64,000 bases of DNA, taken from positions 20,116 to 84,115 of the forward strand of contig CALWTF010000022.1 of the NCBI GenBank assembly GCA_944384415.1. Reading direction: 5' to 3'. This DNA is from an uncultured Clostridia bacterium (lineage in GTDB: Bacteria > Bacillota > Clostridia > Christensenellales > UBA1242). Under the pieces are notes generated by a model. It was not told the origin of the DNA. It worked only from the letters and a program-made list of their open reading frames with translations, and made no database searches. Position numbers and translations under genes: made by a program. Below, piece by piece: positions 30,665 through 39,964 of this stretch (positions within the stretch are counted from its first letter, which is position 1; each line of letters starts with the position of its first letter).

Positions 30665-30672
30665 TTATCTAT

Positions 30673-30759
30673 GCTGAAGTGGCGGAATAGGCAGACGCAA
30701 GGGACTTAAAATCCCTCGGGGGCAACCCCGTGCCGGTTCAAGTCCGGCCTTCAGCACCA
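30673..30759 (+). tRNA. trnL: tRNA-Leu (anticodon TAA), class II with long variable arm
   Basis: Acceptor GCTGAAG/CTTCAGC, anticodon stem AGGGA/TCCCT with loop CTTAAAA, variable arm CGGGGGCAACCCCGTG, T-arm CCGGTTCAAGTCCGG, encoded CCA. Confidence 0.92.
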
Positions 30760-30797
30760 AAGACCTACTGATGTTATCATTAGTAGGTCTTTTTTTA
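30760..30797 (+). terminator. rho-independent terminator after tRNA-Leu
   Basis: 10-bp perfect stem AAGACCTACT / AGTAGGTCTT followed by T7. Confidence 0.75.
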
Positions 30798-30890
30798 TTG
30801 AACATTAAAAATAATTTGTTTATTATAAATGATTTTTATTTTAAACTATTGTATAATATTATATATAATTTTATAAGGCGGTGATTTGTA

Positions 30891-32270
30891 ATGTCAAGTA
30901 AGAACATTCCTGAAATATTAAAACAACAAAAAGAATTTTTTTCTAGTAATCAAACAAAAAATATAAATTTTAGAATAAAACAATTAAAAATTTTAAAACT
31001 TTCAATTCAAAACAATTATCAAAATATTTTATCAGCATTTTTAAAAGATTATAACAAGTGTGAATTTGATGTTATAACTACTGAAATTGGTATGGTTTAT
31101 GCTGAAATAGATTACTTTATTAAACATCTTAAAAAATTGGCAAAACCCAAAAATGTTCGAACTTCAATTTTAACAACCCCTAGTAAAGCTAAAATATATT
31201 ATGAGCCATTCGGACAAGTTTTAATTATGTCCCCTTGGAATTATCCTTTTCAATTAGCAATGATACCATTAGCTGATGCTATTGCTGGTGGAAATACAAT
31301 TGTTTTAAAACCAAGTGCCTATGCCCCTAATGTTAGTGCAGTTATAGAACAAATTTTAAAAGTATTTGAACCAAACTATATTAGTGTTGTACTTGGAGGT
31401 CGTGAAGAAAATCAAGAATTATTAGATAATAAATTTGATTTAATATTTTTTACAGGAAGCAAAACTGTTGGAAAAGTTGTTCAAGAAAAAGCTTCAAAAC
31501 ATTTATGCCCTGTAATATTAGAATTGGGTGGTAAATCTCCCTGCATTGTAAATTATGATGCAGATTTAAAAACAGCAGTTAAAAGAATAGTTTGGGGTAA
31601 ATTTTTAAATGCTGGACAAACATGTATTGCACCAGACTATATTTTTGTACATAAAAACATTTATGAAACCTTTATACAAAATGTAAAAAATTTAACAAAA
31701 AATTGGTATTATAACGAAAATGGTGACTTAAACAGTGATTTTCCTTATATAATAAACGACAAATCAGTAGCAAGAATTGAAAAATTAATTGATAAAAACA
31801 AACTAGTTTTTGGTGGAAAAATAAAAGGAAGATGTATTGAACCTACAATTTTAAAAGATGTGAGTTATGATGACCCTGTAATGCAAGAAGAAATCTTTGG
31901 TCCTATTATGCCAATATTACCTTTTGATAATCTTCAAGAAGTATACAACTATATCAACAATAATGATAAACCATTAGCACTATACTATTTTGGAAAAGAT
32001 AAAAACACTATTAATGAAGTTATTAATAATACTACATCTGGTGGTGTTTGTATAAACGAAACAATAATGCATTTTGTTGAAAAAGGTCTGGCATTTGGAG
32101 GTGTTGGAGAAAGTGGTATGGGAAAATATCACGGCAAACATTCTTTTGAAACTTTTACACACGCAAAAAGTGTTCTTTTTAAAAATATTAAACTAGGTTT
32201 TGATATTCAATATCCACCTATAACAAAAAAGAAACAATCTTTAATAAAATTTATAATGAAAATAAAATAA
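30891..32270 (+). CDS. NAD(P)-dependent aldehyde dehydrogenase (class 3-like)
   Basis: Catalytic blocks ELGGKSPCIV (Glu) and GQTCIAPDY (Cys); length ~459 aa typical of ALDH3-type enzymes. Confidence 0.9.
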   Translation: MSSKNIPEILKQQKEFFSSNQTKNINFRIKQLKILKLSIQNNYQNILSAFLKDYNKCEFDVITTEIGMVYAEIDYFIKHLKKLAKPKNVRTSILTTPSKAKIYYEPFGQVLIMSPWNYPFQLAMIPLADAIAGGNTIVLKPSAYAPNVSAVIEQILKVFEPNYISVVLGGREENQELLDNKFDLIFFTGSKTVGKVVQEKASKHLCPVILELGGKSPCIVNYDADLKTAVKRIVWGKFLNAGQTCIAPDYIFVHKNIYETFIQNVKNLTKNWYYNENGDLNSDFPYIINDKSVARIEKLIDKNKLVFGGKIKGRCIEPTILKDVSYDDPVMQEEIFGPIMPILPFDNLQEVYNYINNNDKPLALYYFGKDKNTINEVINNTTSGGVCINETIMHFVEKGLAFGGVGESGMGKYHGKHSFETFTHAKSVLFKNIKLGFDIQYPPITKKKQSLIKFIMKIK

Positions 32271-32298
32271 AAACACAGGTTGATACCTGTGTTTTTTT
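32268..32298. terminator. bidirectional terminator (aldehyde dehydrogenase / small minus-strand ORF)
   Basis: 10-bp perfect stem AAACACAGGT / ACCTGTGTTT, 4-nt loop, T-run downstream and A-run upstream. Confidence 0.7.
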
Positions 32299-32306
32299 GG
32301 CAAATT

Positions 32307-32435
32307 TTAGCAATTAGTAGAGTTTTTACGACATTTGCCACAAGACCTTGTTGTCTTTGTTGAAGTGCTAATTTCTTTTCCACTTTCTGTTTTTTTATTA
32401 GACAAACTTTTAGTCTGCGCTTTATTTCTTTCCAT
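32307..32435 (-). CDS. candidate 42-aa basic, Cys-containing small protein (not in the ORF track)
   Basis: ATG at 32435 preceded by AAGGGGGAT SD (5-nt spacing). Reads MERNKAQTKSLSNKKTESGKEISTSTKTTRSCGKCRKNSTNC, then TAA at 32307-32309 and the terminator at 32268-32298. A hairpin terminator for yloV lies upstream, so it would be a separate unit. Confidence 0.35.
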   Translation of the reverse strand: MERNKAQTKSLSNKKTESGKEISTSTKTTRSCGKCRKNSTNC

Positions 32436-32541
32436 ACTATCCCCCTTTCTTTTTGCAAATATTTGCGAAGATAGTATGTGATGATTTATAAAAATTATTT
32501 ATAAATTATAATGGAAAAACAAGGGAAAATTAACCTTGTTT

Positions 32542-34182
32542 TTAATCTATAGACACAATATAGAAGTATACAGGTTGACCACCATTTATAACTGTAACCT
32601 CACAATCTGGATATTTTGCAGATAATTGTTCTTGCAAACTGTTAGCATCATCTTCTGAAACACCTTCACCATAGAATAAGGTTATATTAACTTTGTCATC
32701 ACTATACATTTTTTCAACAAGCTGTATTACAGTTTCATTTACTAATTTATCCTTGCAAACAATTTTCCCGTTTGTAATACCCATAATCTCACCTTCGTGC
32801 AAATCAAAACCATCTATATGTGTTGTTCTTACGGCATGAGTTACTGAACCGCTAAGAACTGATTCACGAGCTGCAGTCATAGTTTCAATATTTTCCTGTA
32901 ATGTTCCTTCCATATTAAATGCAAGTATTGAGGAAATACCCTCTGGTATAGATACTGTAGGTATAACATGTATCATTTTCTTTGTTAAATTTTGAGCTTG
33001 TTCTGCAGCTAAAATTATATTTTTATTATTAGGGAAAACAAACACATGGTCACTTGGCACTTTATCAACGGCTTTTGCTATATCATCAGCACTTGGGTTC
33101 ATAGTTTGTCCACCCTCTATAATTTGGTCAACTCCTAAATCTTTAAACACAGCAGAAATCCCTTCACCAGTAGCAACTGAAACCAAACCAAAAGGTTTCT
33201 TTTGTGCTTGCATTTGAGCATATTTCGCTTTTAGTTCACGATTTTGTTGTACCATATTATCTATTTTAATATTGTTAATTTCACCAAGCTCTAGTGCATA
33301 ACCCAACGCACGGTTAGGCTCATTGGTGTGTACATGAACTTTTATAAGGCTTAAATCACCCACACAAATTACAGAATCACCGATTGCCATTAATTTTTCA
33401 CGGAGTTTGTCTATATCAGACTCTGTTGTTTTTTTATTGATTTCAATAACCATAAACTCAGTACAATATCCAAATTGAATTTCTGCCAAGTCTTCAAAAT
33501 TAACATGGAATTGTTCATTAGCTTCTATTTGTTTAGCTGTTTCATCAATTTCAACTGAAAAGTCTTCATCATTAATTAAAACTTTATTAAAACCAGTGAA
33601 GATAGTCATTAAACCACGACCACCTGCATCAACAACACCTGCCTGTTTTAATACTGGCAACAACTCAGGTGTTTTTTGTAAAATTTCTTCCCCTGCGTTT
33701 AATATGTATTCAAAAAATGGTTCAAAATCTGCAAATTTTTTAGCACCCTGCTCTGCTGCATCAGCCATAGTTCTAACCACTGTTAAAACAGTTCCTTCCT
33801 TTGGAATTGTAACAGCATTGTATGCCATTTTAGCACCATTTTTTAAAGCTTTTGCAAAAATTTTTGTAGTAATTTCATTTTGTAAAACAAGTTCAACTGA
33901 CATACCACGAATAATTTGTGATAAGATAACACCTGAATTACCTCTAGCACCGCGCAAAGCACCTTTACTAAAAGCTTCACCTAATGCGTCCATATTATTT
34001 GTTGGACAATTATTGATTTCAGTTGTAGCTGATTTAAAAGTTAAAAACATATTTTTTCCTGTATCACCATCAGGAACTGGAAAAATATTTAATGAGTCAA
34101 TATATTTTTGGTTATTATCTAAATAATTGCATGCACCTATAACCATTTTACGAAAGGTTGCACCATTTATAGTCTTCTGCAT
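32542..34182 (-). CDS. yloV: DAK2 domain fusion protein YloV
   Basis: LNIFPVPDGDTGKNM is the DAK2/YloV signature; C-terminal DegV-like half; asp23-yloV synteny. Start moved to the ATG at 34182 (AGGGGAT SD); the track's 5-aa extension is unsupported. Confidence 0.9.
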   Translation of the reverse strand: MQKTINGATFRKMVIGACNYLDNNQKYIDSLNIFPVPDGDTGKNMFLTFKSATTEINNCPTNNMDALGEAFSKGALRGARGNSGVILSQIIRGMSVELVLQNEITTKIFAKALKNGAKMAYNAVTIPKEGTVLTVVRTMADAAEQGAKKFADFEPFFEYILNAGEEILQKTPELLPVLKQAGVVDAGGRGLMTIFTGFNKVLINDEDFSVEIDETAKQIEANEQFHVNFEDLAEIQFGYCTEFMVIEINKKTTESDIDKLREKLMAIGDSVICVGDLSLIKVHVHTNEPNRALGYALELGEINNIKIDNMVQQNRELKAKYAQMQAQKKPFGLVSVATGEGISAVFKDLGVDQIIEGGQTMNPSADDIAKAVDKVPSDHVFVFPNNKNIILAAEQAQNLTKKMIHVIPTVSIPEGISSILAFNMEGTLQENIETMTAARESVLSGSVTHAVRTTHIDGFDLHEGEIMGITNGKIVCKDKLVNETVIQLVEKMYSDDKVNITLFYGEGVSEDDANSLQEQLSAKYPDCEVTVINGGQPVYFYIVSID

Positions 34183-34238
34183 ATTATCCCCTAACATTTC
34201 TTTATTATCAAATTAAAATAAAACTTGGCATAAAGATT

Positions 34239-34589
34239 TTAAACCCTTACGCCTACAACATTTACATTTACAGTATCAACTATCATACCTGAAAATTCTT
34301 CAACACGATATTTTACTGCTTTTTTTAAAGATTCGGCAACGGCACTTATTGAAACACCATACTTTAGCACAACAAACAAGTCAATAAAAATTCGGTTTTC
34401 ATTAGTTATCACTTTCACACCCTTACCTAACTGTTGCTTTTTAAATAAATCTGCAAAGTTATCAGATAACTTTTTGCTAACTAAATCAACAGTGCCATAA
34501 CAATCTAAAGCAGCAGAAGCAGCAACTGCAGCTATTGCTTCATCAGATATAATTATTTTGCCATAGTAGTTAGATGTTGTTACTGACAT
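34239..34589 (-). CDS. Asp23/Gls24 family envelope stress protein (YloU-like)
   Basis: GKIIISDEAIAAVAASAALDCYGTVDL and VNVNVVGVRV fit the Asp23 family; divergent from rpmB and upstream of yloV as in Firmicutes. Confidence 0.85.
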   Translation of the reverse strand: MSVTTSNYYGKIIISDEAIAAVAASAALDCYGTVDLVSKKLSDNFADLFKKQQLGKGVKVITNENRIFIDLFVVLKYGVSISAVAESLKKAVKYRVEEFSGMIVDTVNVNVVGVRV

Positions 34590-34721
34590 ATTACCTCACA
34601 ATAAATATAACTGAAAACTCAGTTGGTTTATATTTTACTAAACTTGTTACAGAATATCAAGTGTTTTAGGCAAAGTTTATTTAATTTGTTACAATTAATT
34701 TATTTTTTTTAGCTATATATG

Positions 34722-34750
34722 TTGCAAAATATTTTAAAGTGTGATACAAT
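34722..34750 (+). promoter_or_regulatory. sigma-70 promoter (extended -10) for rpmB
   Basis: TTGCAA (34722-34727), 17-nt spacer ending TGa, TACAAT (34745-34750). Confidence 0.6.
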
Positions 34751-34797
34751 CAAAATACAATTTTGTTTAAAAATTATCCAAGGGGGTTAAAACTTAT

Positions 34798-34998
34798 ATG
34801 AGCAAGGAATGTCAAATTTGCGGTAAGACTAAAATGAATGGCATGAAAATTAAGCGTGATAGTCAAGGTATTTTAGGACACAACAGATATCCAAGAGAAG
34901 TTAACTTGCAAAACACAACTATTATTGATGAAAAAGGAAATAATAAAAAAATTCGTGTTTGCACAAAATGTCTTAAAAAAATGAAGCAAGATGCATAA
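34798..34998 (+). CDS. rpmB: 50S ribosomal protein L28 (zinc-ribbon, four-Cys form; divergent middle)
   Basis: MSKECQICGK...NLQ...IRVCTKCLKKMK resembles clostridial L28. CxxC at both ends. Conserved divergent position next to asp23/yloV. GGGGG SD upstream. Confidence 0.7.
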   Translation: MSKECQICGKTKMNGMKIKRDSQGILGHNRYPREVNLQNTTIIDEKGNNKKIRVCTKCLKKMKQDA

Positions 34999-35029
34999 AA
35001 AAACACCAATTAAATTTGGTGTTTTTTTG
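34997..35029. terminator. terminator after rpmB (usable in both directions)
   Basis: Stem ACACCAA / TTGGTGT, 6-nt loop, A-run before and T7 after. Confidence 0.65.
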
Positions 35030-35218
35030 TTTTATAAAATAATTTTCAATTTATAACATTAGTTTTATATTACCTTTTTATAAATTGTTTTGAAAAAATA
35101 ATTTTTAAAATTCCTTTCAAAAATTTTGGTGCAGTAAAACAAATAATTCGCATTAAAAACTCCCCTTATTCATTTACTTTATTATATGAAAATACAAAAT
35201 TAAAGTTTACTAGGAAGA

Positions 35219-35896
35219 CTATTTATAACCATTTTTTCCTTTTAATGCTTCAATTGTTTTACCTATATTTTCTGATTTATAAATTGTGCTTCCAGACACA
35301 AGAACATCTGCTCCAGCTACGGTTATTATAGAAGCATTAACTTCATTAACACCACCATCAACCTCAATTAAAAAATTATATCCAAACTCTGAACGCTTTT
35401 TGTTTAAATGAGAAATTCTTGATAGGCTTTCTTTCATAAATTCTTGCCCACTTTTCCCTGGTTCAACACTCATTACTAACACTAAATCAACATAAGGTAA
35501 AATATTATCAAGCAATACAATAGGAGTTTTTGGTTTAATTGAAATACCAACACTTACACCAAGTTGTTTGATTTCTTGCAATGCATTAATTAACCTAACT
35601 TTGTTATCAAAACATTCAAAATGAATTGTTATGATATTAGCACCATACTTTGCATAACTTCTAACAACTCTCATAGGGTCTGAAACCATAAGATGAACAT
35701 CAAGTGGCATCATAGTTGATTTTCGTATAATCGCAAAAATCAATTCATCATAAGTTCTTGATGGTACAAATTTGCCATCCATTATATCACAATGCAACCA
35801 ATCAGCACCCGCATCTTCTAATTTTTTTATGTAGCTTCCTAATTTTCTTATGGGACAAGGCTCAGTGCTAGGTGCTATTAAAATATTTTTTTGCAT
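35219..35896 (-). CDS. rpe: ribulose-phosphate 3-epimerase
   Basis: WLHCDIMDGKFVP, DVHLMV, MSVEPGKSGQEF, EVDGGVN: the canonical Rpe blocks. Confidence 0.93.
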   Translation of the reverse strand: MQKNILIAPSTEPCPIRKLGSYIKKLEDAGADWLHCDIMDGKFVPSRTYDELIFAIIRKSTMMPLDVHLMVSDPMRVVRSYAKYGANIITIHFECFDNKVRLINALQEIKQLGVSVGISIKPKTPIVLLDNILPYVDLVLVMSVEPGKSGQEFMKESLSRISHLNKKRSEFGYNFLIEVDGGVNEVNASIITVAGADVLVSGSTIYKSENIGKTIEALKGKNGYK

Positions 35897-35936
35897 AAAA
35901 AACTCCTTTATAATTATGCTTTAATATGAATATTTA

Positions 35937-38129
35937 TTAGCTTAAGTTTGACGGATTATCTTCAATAAATATATTAGCTTTTGGATTAGTGTTTTTTTGC
36001 ACTATCTTGTAAATTTCATCTGTTAACATATCAGCAACGCTTTGTTTAAAACGCATTAAAATTTGAAATCTGAATTTTCTTTGTATTTTAGCAACTGGTG
36101 ATTTCATAGCTCTACAAAACAAGAAATCTGATTTATTTTTTTCTTCTAATTGACATATTGGTAAATAAATTTTCGAACCTATATTTTTTGCTAAATTTTC
36201 ATCTTCACTTGAAATTAGTATTCTAACAATTTTTGCAAATGGAGGAAATTTTGTTGTTTCTCTAAGATTTATTTCTTTTTCAAAAAATGACTTATAATCA
36301 TAATTTGCTGCATATTTATACACATAATGTTTAGGACAATATGTTTGCAAAACAACTTTACCAAATTTGTCGGCTCTACCTGCTCTACCTGCTACTTGAG
36401 TTACAAGTTGAAAAGTTCGTTCAACACTTCTAAAATCTGAAAAATGCAAACTCATATCAGCATCTACAATACCAACAAGAGTAACATTAGGAAAATCATG
36501 CCCTTTTGCAATTATTTGCGTTCCAACTAATACACTTGGAGCATTTGAAGAAAACTCTTCTAAAATTTTTGAATGTGCATTTTTGCTTCTTGTATTATCA
36601 ACATCCATTCTTAATATTTTTACATTAGGAAAAATTCTTTTTAATTCTTCAACAACTCTTTCAGTGCCAACAGCTCCCATTCGAATATATTCACTACCAC
36701 AATTTGGGCACTTAGTAAGTGCTTTATATCTTTTTCCACAAAAATGACATTTCAACTCAGATTCTTCTTTGTGATAAACTAAAGAAGCATCACAATCTTC
36801 ACATTTTGCTATATAACCACATTCTCTACATATAATATAACTTGAAAAACCTCTTCTGTTTACAAATATTATAGCTTGATTTTTATGCTCAATACATTCT
36901 TTTAAATCAGATAAAAGTTGTCTTGAAAACATACCAGTATTTCCAAAACTTATTTCACTACACATATCTATTATTTGTATTTGTGGCATTTGCTTATTAT
37001 TTGCTCTTTTTGTAAGTTCAATCAATTTATATTCTTTATTTTTTGCACGCCAAAAGCTGTCAATGCTTGGTGTTGCACTTCCTAAAACTACAGGACATTT
37101 GTTATATTCCCCTCTAAATTTAGCTACATTGTGTGTAAAAAATCTAGGGTTACTTTCACTTTTATAAGAACTATCATGTTCTTCATCAATTATAATCAAC
37201 CCTAAATTTGTAACAGGAGCAAATATAGCTGACCTAGCACCTATAACAATTTGTGCATCACCATTTCTTATTCTTTGCCATTCATCAAAACGCTCTCCTA
37301 CAGACAATCCACTGTGTAAAATAGCAACATTATCACCAAATCTTGCTTTAAAAACACTTAATATTTGTGGAGTTAAAGAAATTTCTGGAACTAACATTAT
37401 AGCCGATTTACCACTTTTAACCACTGAATCAATACAGTGCATATAAACTTCTGTTTTACCGCTTCCAGTAACCCCAAATAGTAAATTAATTTTTGGTTCA
37501 CACAAAATTTCTTTTATTGCAAAGTTTTGTTCATCAGTTAATATAACTTTTTTATCTTCTTTTATATTTGATTGTGGTTTACGATAAATTTTCAAATTAG
37601 ATTTTTTCAATATACCTAAATTGGCTAACTTATTTACAGCAGTTGCTCCAAATTTTTGTATCAAATCAGAGCTTTTATACACTTTTTCATTTTCTAAAAA
37701 TTCAATTAAATTTATTTGTTGAATTGCATTTTTTCTAACTAAAAGCATTAATTCATCTTTGGGTTTAAATAAATTAGCCACATAAACAGTTTTAAGTAGC
37801 TCCTTTACTTTACCTTTCCTCATACCACTTGGTAAAAACAAACGCAAAGTATCCACTTTCTTTAAATGATTTTTTTGTTGCATATATTCAGATAATTTTA
37901 ATAATTCATCGGTTAAAATAATAAAATTATCCAACGGCTTTATTATTGTTTTTAATTTTTCATTTTCAAGTTCAGATTTATCTTTTAAGTTTATTACATA
38001 GCCTTCTATATTTCTATTGCCAAAAGGGACAAGCACTCGCTGTCCCTTTTTAGTATCAGGAAGAGCAACATAGTCAAAAACTTTGTCAACTTCCGAATGT
38101 GCAATGTCAATTATAACTTCGGCTATCAT
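35937..38129 (-). CDS. priA: primosomal replication restart helicase PriA
   Basis: Walker A GVTGSGKTEVY, DEEHD box, Cys-rich zinc insertion (CRECGYIAKCEDCD...CHFCG...CPNCGS). Confidence 0.93.
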   Translation of the reverse strand: MIAEVIIDIAHSEVDKVFDYVALPDTKKGQRVLVPFGNRNIEGYVINLKDKSELENEKLKTIIKPLDNFIILTDELLKLSEYMQQKNHLKKVDTLRLFLPSGMRKGKVKELLKTVYVANLFKPKDELMLLVRKNAIQQINLIEFLENEKVYKSSDLIQKFGATAVNKLANLGILKKSNLKIYRKPQSNIKEDKKVILTDEQNFAIKEILCEPKINLLFGVTGSGKTEVYMHCIDSVVKSGKSAIMLVPEISLTPQILSVFKARFGDNVAILHSGLSVGERFDEWQRIRNGDAQIVIGARSAIFAPVTNLGLIIIDEEHDSSYKSESNPRFFTHNVAKFRGEYNKCPVVLGSATPSIDSFWRAKNKEYKLIELTKRANNKQMPQIQIIDMCSEISFGNTGMFSRQLLSDLKECIEHKNQAIIFVNRRGFSSYIICRECGYIAKCEDCDASLVYHKEESELKCHFCGKRYKALTKCPNCGSEYIRMGAVGTERVVEELKRIFPNVKILRMDVDNTRSKNAHSKILEEFSSNAPSVLVGTQIIAKGHDFPNVTLVGIVDADMSLHFSDFRSVERTFQLVTQVAGRAGRADKFGKVVLQTYCPKHYVYKYAANYDYKSFFEKEINLRETTKFPPFAKIVRILISSEDENLAKNIGSKIYLPICQLEEKNKSDFLFCRAMKSPVAKIQRKFRFQILMRFKQSVADMLTDEIYKIVQKNTNPKANIFIEDNPSNLS

Positions 38130-38145
38130 ATAATGTTAAACCCTT

Positions 38146-38355
38146 TTAGTTTACTTTTACTTTTCCCTCATAAACTTCTTCTGCAGCAATAGCAATAACT
38201 TTTGGGTCTTTTTCCATAGGTTCACCAGAAAAGTATATATTGCTTAGTTCTTTTGCGCGTTTTGCAATTAAGCAAGTAAGCAAATATTTATTACCAACCT
38301 TATTTCTTAACTCATCTATAGGTGGTTTATCCATTTCAAATTCTTGTTTTTCCAT
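38146..38355 (-). CDS. rpoZ: DNA-directed RNA polymerase subunit omega
   Basis: 69 aa; NKYLLTCLIAKRAKEL matches the omega core helix; adjacent to priA as in many Firmicutes. Confidence 0.85.
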   Translation of the reverse strand: MEKQEFEMDKPPIDELRNKVGNKYLLTCLIAKRAKELSNIYFSGEPMEKDPKVIAIAAEEVYEGKVKVN

Positions 38356-38540
38356 ATTATCCCCCTTAAAATAGGTAGTATACCATCAAAATTTCTATAC
38401 ATAGTTACATAATTTTTTTAAACTTAGCAAAAAACTATCATTAAGTGCAGTTTTTTGAAGGGATACTTACATTTTTTTGATTTTTATTTAAAATTAATCT
38501 GTTCGCATTTTAAGTTAAAGACTTATATTAAACTTAATAG

Positions 38541-39962
38541 TTAATTTATTAATTTTTGAAGCAATTCACCCACTAATTTTGGATTTGCTTTACCAGCAGT
38601 AGCTTTCATAGTTTGCCCAATGAAGAAAGCCATCGTTTTTTGATTACCAGCTTTTAATTCAGCAGTGGCTTTTGGATTATCTTCTATTATTTTTTGTAAT
38701 ATTTTTTCTAAATCCGTTGTATCATTCATTTGAGCCAATCCTCTTTCATTTACCGCTACTTCTGGGTCAAAATCACTCTTCCACATTTCATCGAATAACT
38801 GTCTAGCTACGGCTTGATTTATAGTGTTGTTTTTATATAATTTTAAAAGCTTTGCTAAATTTTCTGCACTTACCTGAATATCTGTATCAATTTCTTCAGA
38901 ACTATTTAACTTTTTAAAAATTTCACTACAAATCCAATTACAAACAAACTTTGGTTCATTAAACAAAGAAACAACAGCTTCAAAATAATCTGCATTTTTT
39001 CGTTCAGTAGTTATTAATTTAGCATCTTGTTCAGTAAGACCTAATTTTTGATATTCAATAATACGCTCTTGAGGAAGTTTTGGTAATGTTTTCCTTATGC
39101 TGTCAATATATTCATCACTTGTTTCAATAGGAACCAAATCTGGGTCCGGAAAATATCTATAATCTTGCGAATCTTCCTTTGTTCTCATTGAATATGTTTT
39201 TCCAGCTTCATCGTCCCAACGACGCGTTTCTTGGATTACTTTTCCACCACTATTTAAAACTTCAGCTTGTCTTTTCGCTTCATATTTTATTGCCCTACTT
39301 ACAGCACGAAATGAATTCAAATTTTTCATTTCAGTACGAGTACCTAATGGTTCACCTTCTTTGTGTAATGATAAATTAACATCAAAACGAATACTACCTT
39401 CTTGCATTTTACAATCTGAAACTTCAACATAAAGCAAAGTTTCACGGAGTTTTTCTAAATAAGCAACAGCTTCTTCCGCACTTGATATATCAGGTTTTGA
39501 TACAATTTCAATTAAAGGTACGCCACCTCTGTTATAATCAATCATTGTCCCAGTATTATCGTGAATAAGTTTACCTGCATCTTCTTCTACATGAATTCGG
39601 TCCAAATTGATAAATTTCTTTTTCCCTTCAACTTCAATTTCTAAACCACCACCAACACACAATGGATATTCCAGTTGTGAAATTTGATAAGCTTTTGAAA
39701 GGTCGGGATAAAAATAATTTTTTCTTTCAAAAACCGAATAATTATTGATAGTACAACCTACTGCTAATCCCATTTTTATAGCATATTCAATTGCCTTTTT
39801 ATTTAAAACGGGCAATGCTCCTGGCATTCCAGTACATACAGGACAACAATTTGTATTTGGTTCACCACCAAATTTATTTCTACACGAACAGAAGAGTTTT
39901 GTGTTTGTAGCCAGCTCACTATGAACTTCCAAACCTATTACCATTTTCCAATCAGACATCAA
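38541..39962 (-). CDS. gatB: Asp/Glu-tRNA(Asn/Gln) amidotransferase subunit B
   Basis: VIGLEVHSEL, NRGGVPLIEIVSKPD, YRYFPDPDL blocks; gatCAB order. Confidence 0.95.
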   Translation of the reverse strand: MMSDWKMVIGLEVHSELATNTKLFCSCRNKFGGEPNTNCCPVCTGMPGALPVLNKKAIEYAIKMGLAVGCTINNYSVFERKNYFYPDLSKAYQISQLEYPLCVGGGLEIEVEGKKKFINLDRIHVEEDAGKLIHDNTGTMIDYNRGGVPLIEIVSKPDISSAEEAVAYLEKLRETLLYVEVSDCKMQEGSIRFDVNLSLHKEGEPLGTRTEMKNLNSFRAVSRAIKYEAKRQAEVLNSGGKVIQETRRWDDEAGKTYSMRTKEDSQDYRYFPDPDLVPIETSDEYIDSIRKTLPKLPQERIIEYQKLGLTEQDAKLITTERKNADYFEAVVSLFNEPKFVCNWICSEIFKKLNSSEEIDTDIQVSAENLAKLLKLYKNNTINQAVARQLFDEMWKSDFDPEVAVNERGLAQMNDTTDLEKILQKIIEDNPKATAELKAGNQKTMAFFIGQTMKATAGKANPKLVGELLQKLIN

Positions 39963-39964
39963 TT

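Noticed and set aside
30157-32298. tRNA-adjacent plus-strand block (4 tRNAs + aldehyde dehydrogenase) as an integrated mobile element
   Set aside because: I found no integrase, recombinase or transposase, and no direct repeat of a tRNA 3' end. The block is bounded by ordinary promoters and terminators.
32207-32458. 83-aa minus-strand track ORF overlapping the 3' end of the aldehyde dehydrogenase gene
   Set aside because: It runs through the bidirectional terminator and into the convergent gene. The SD-ATG in this region belongs to a different frame (the 42-aa ORF at 32307-32435).
33596-34126. 176-aa plus-strand ORF inside yloV
   Set aside because: Shadow ORF antisense to the DAK2-domain gene. 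It has no translation signals and no recognisable motif.
38356-38540. 185-nt gatB-rpoZ intergenic region as a possible ncRNA or riboswitch
   Set aside because: I found no convincing conserved motif or stable hairpin, only weak promoter-like hexamers.
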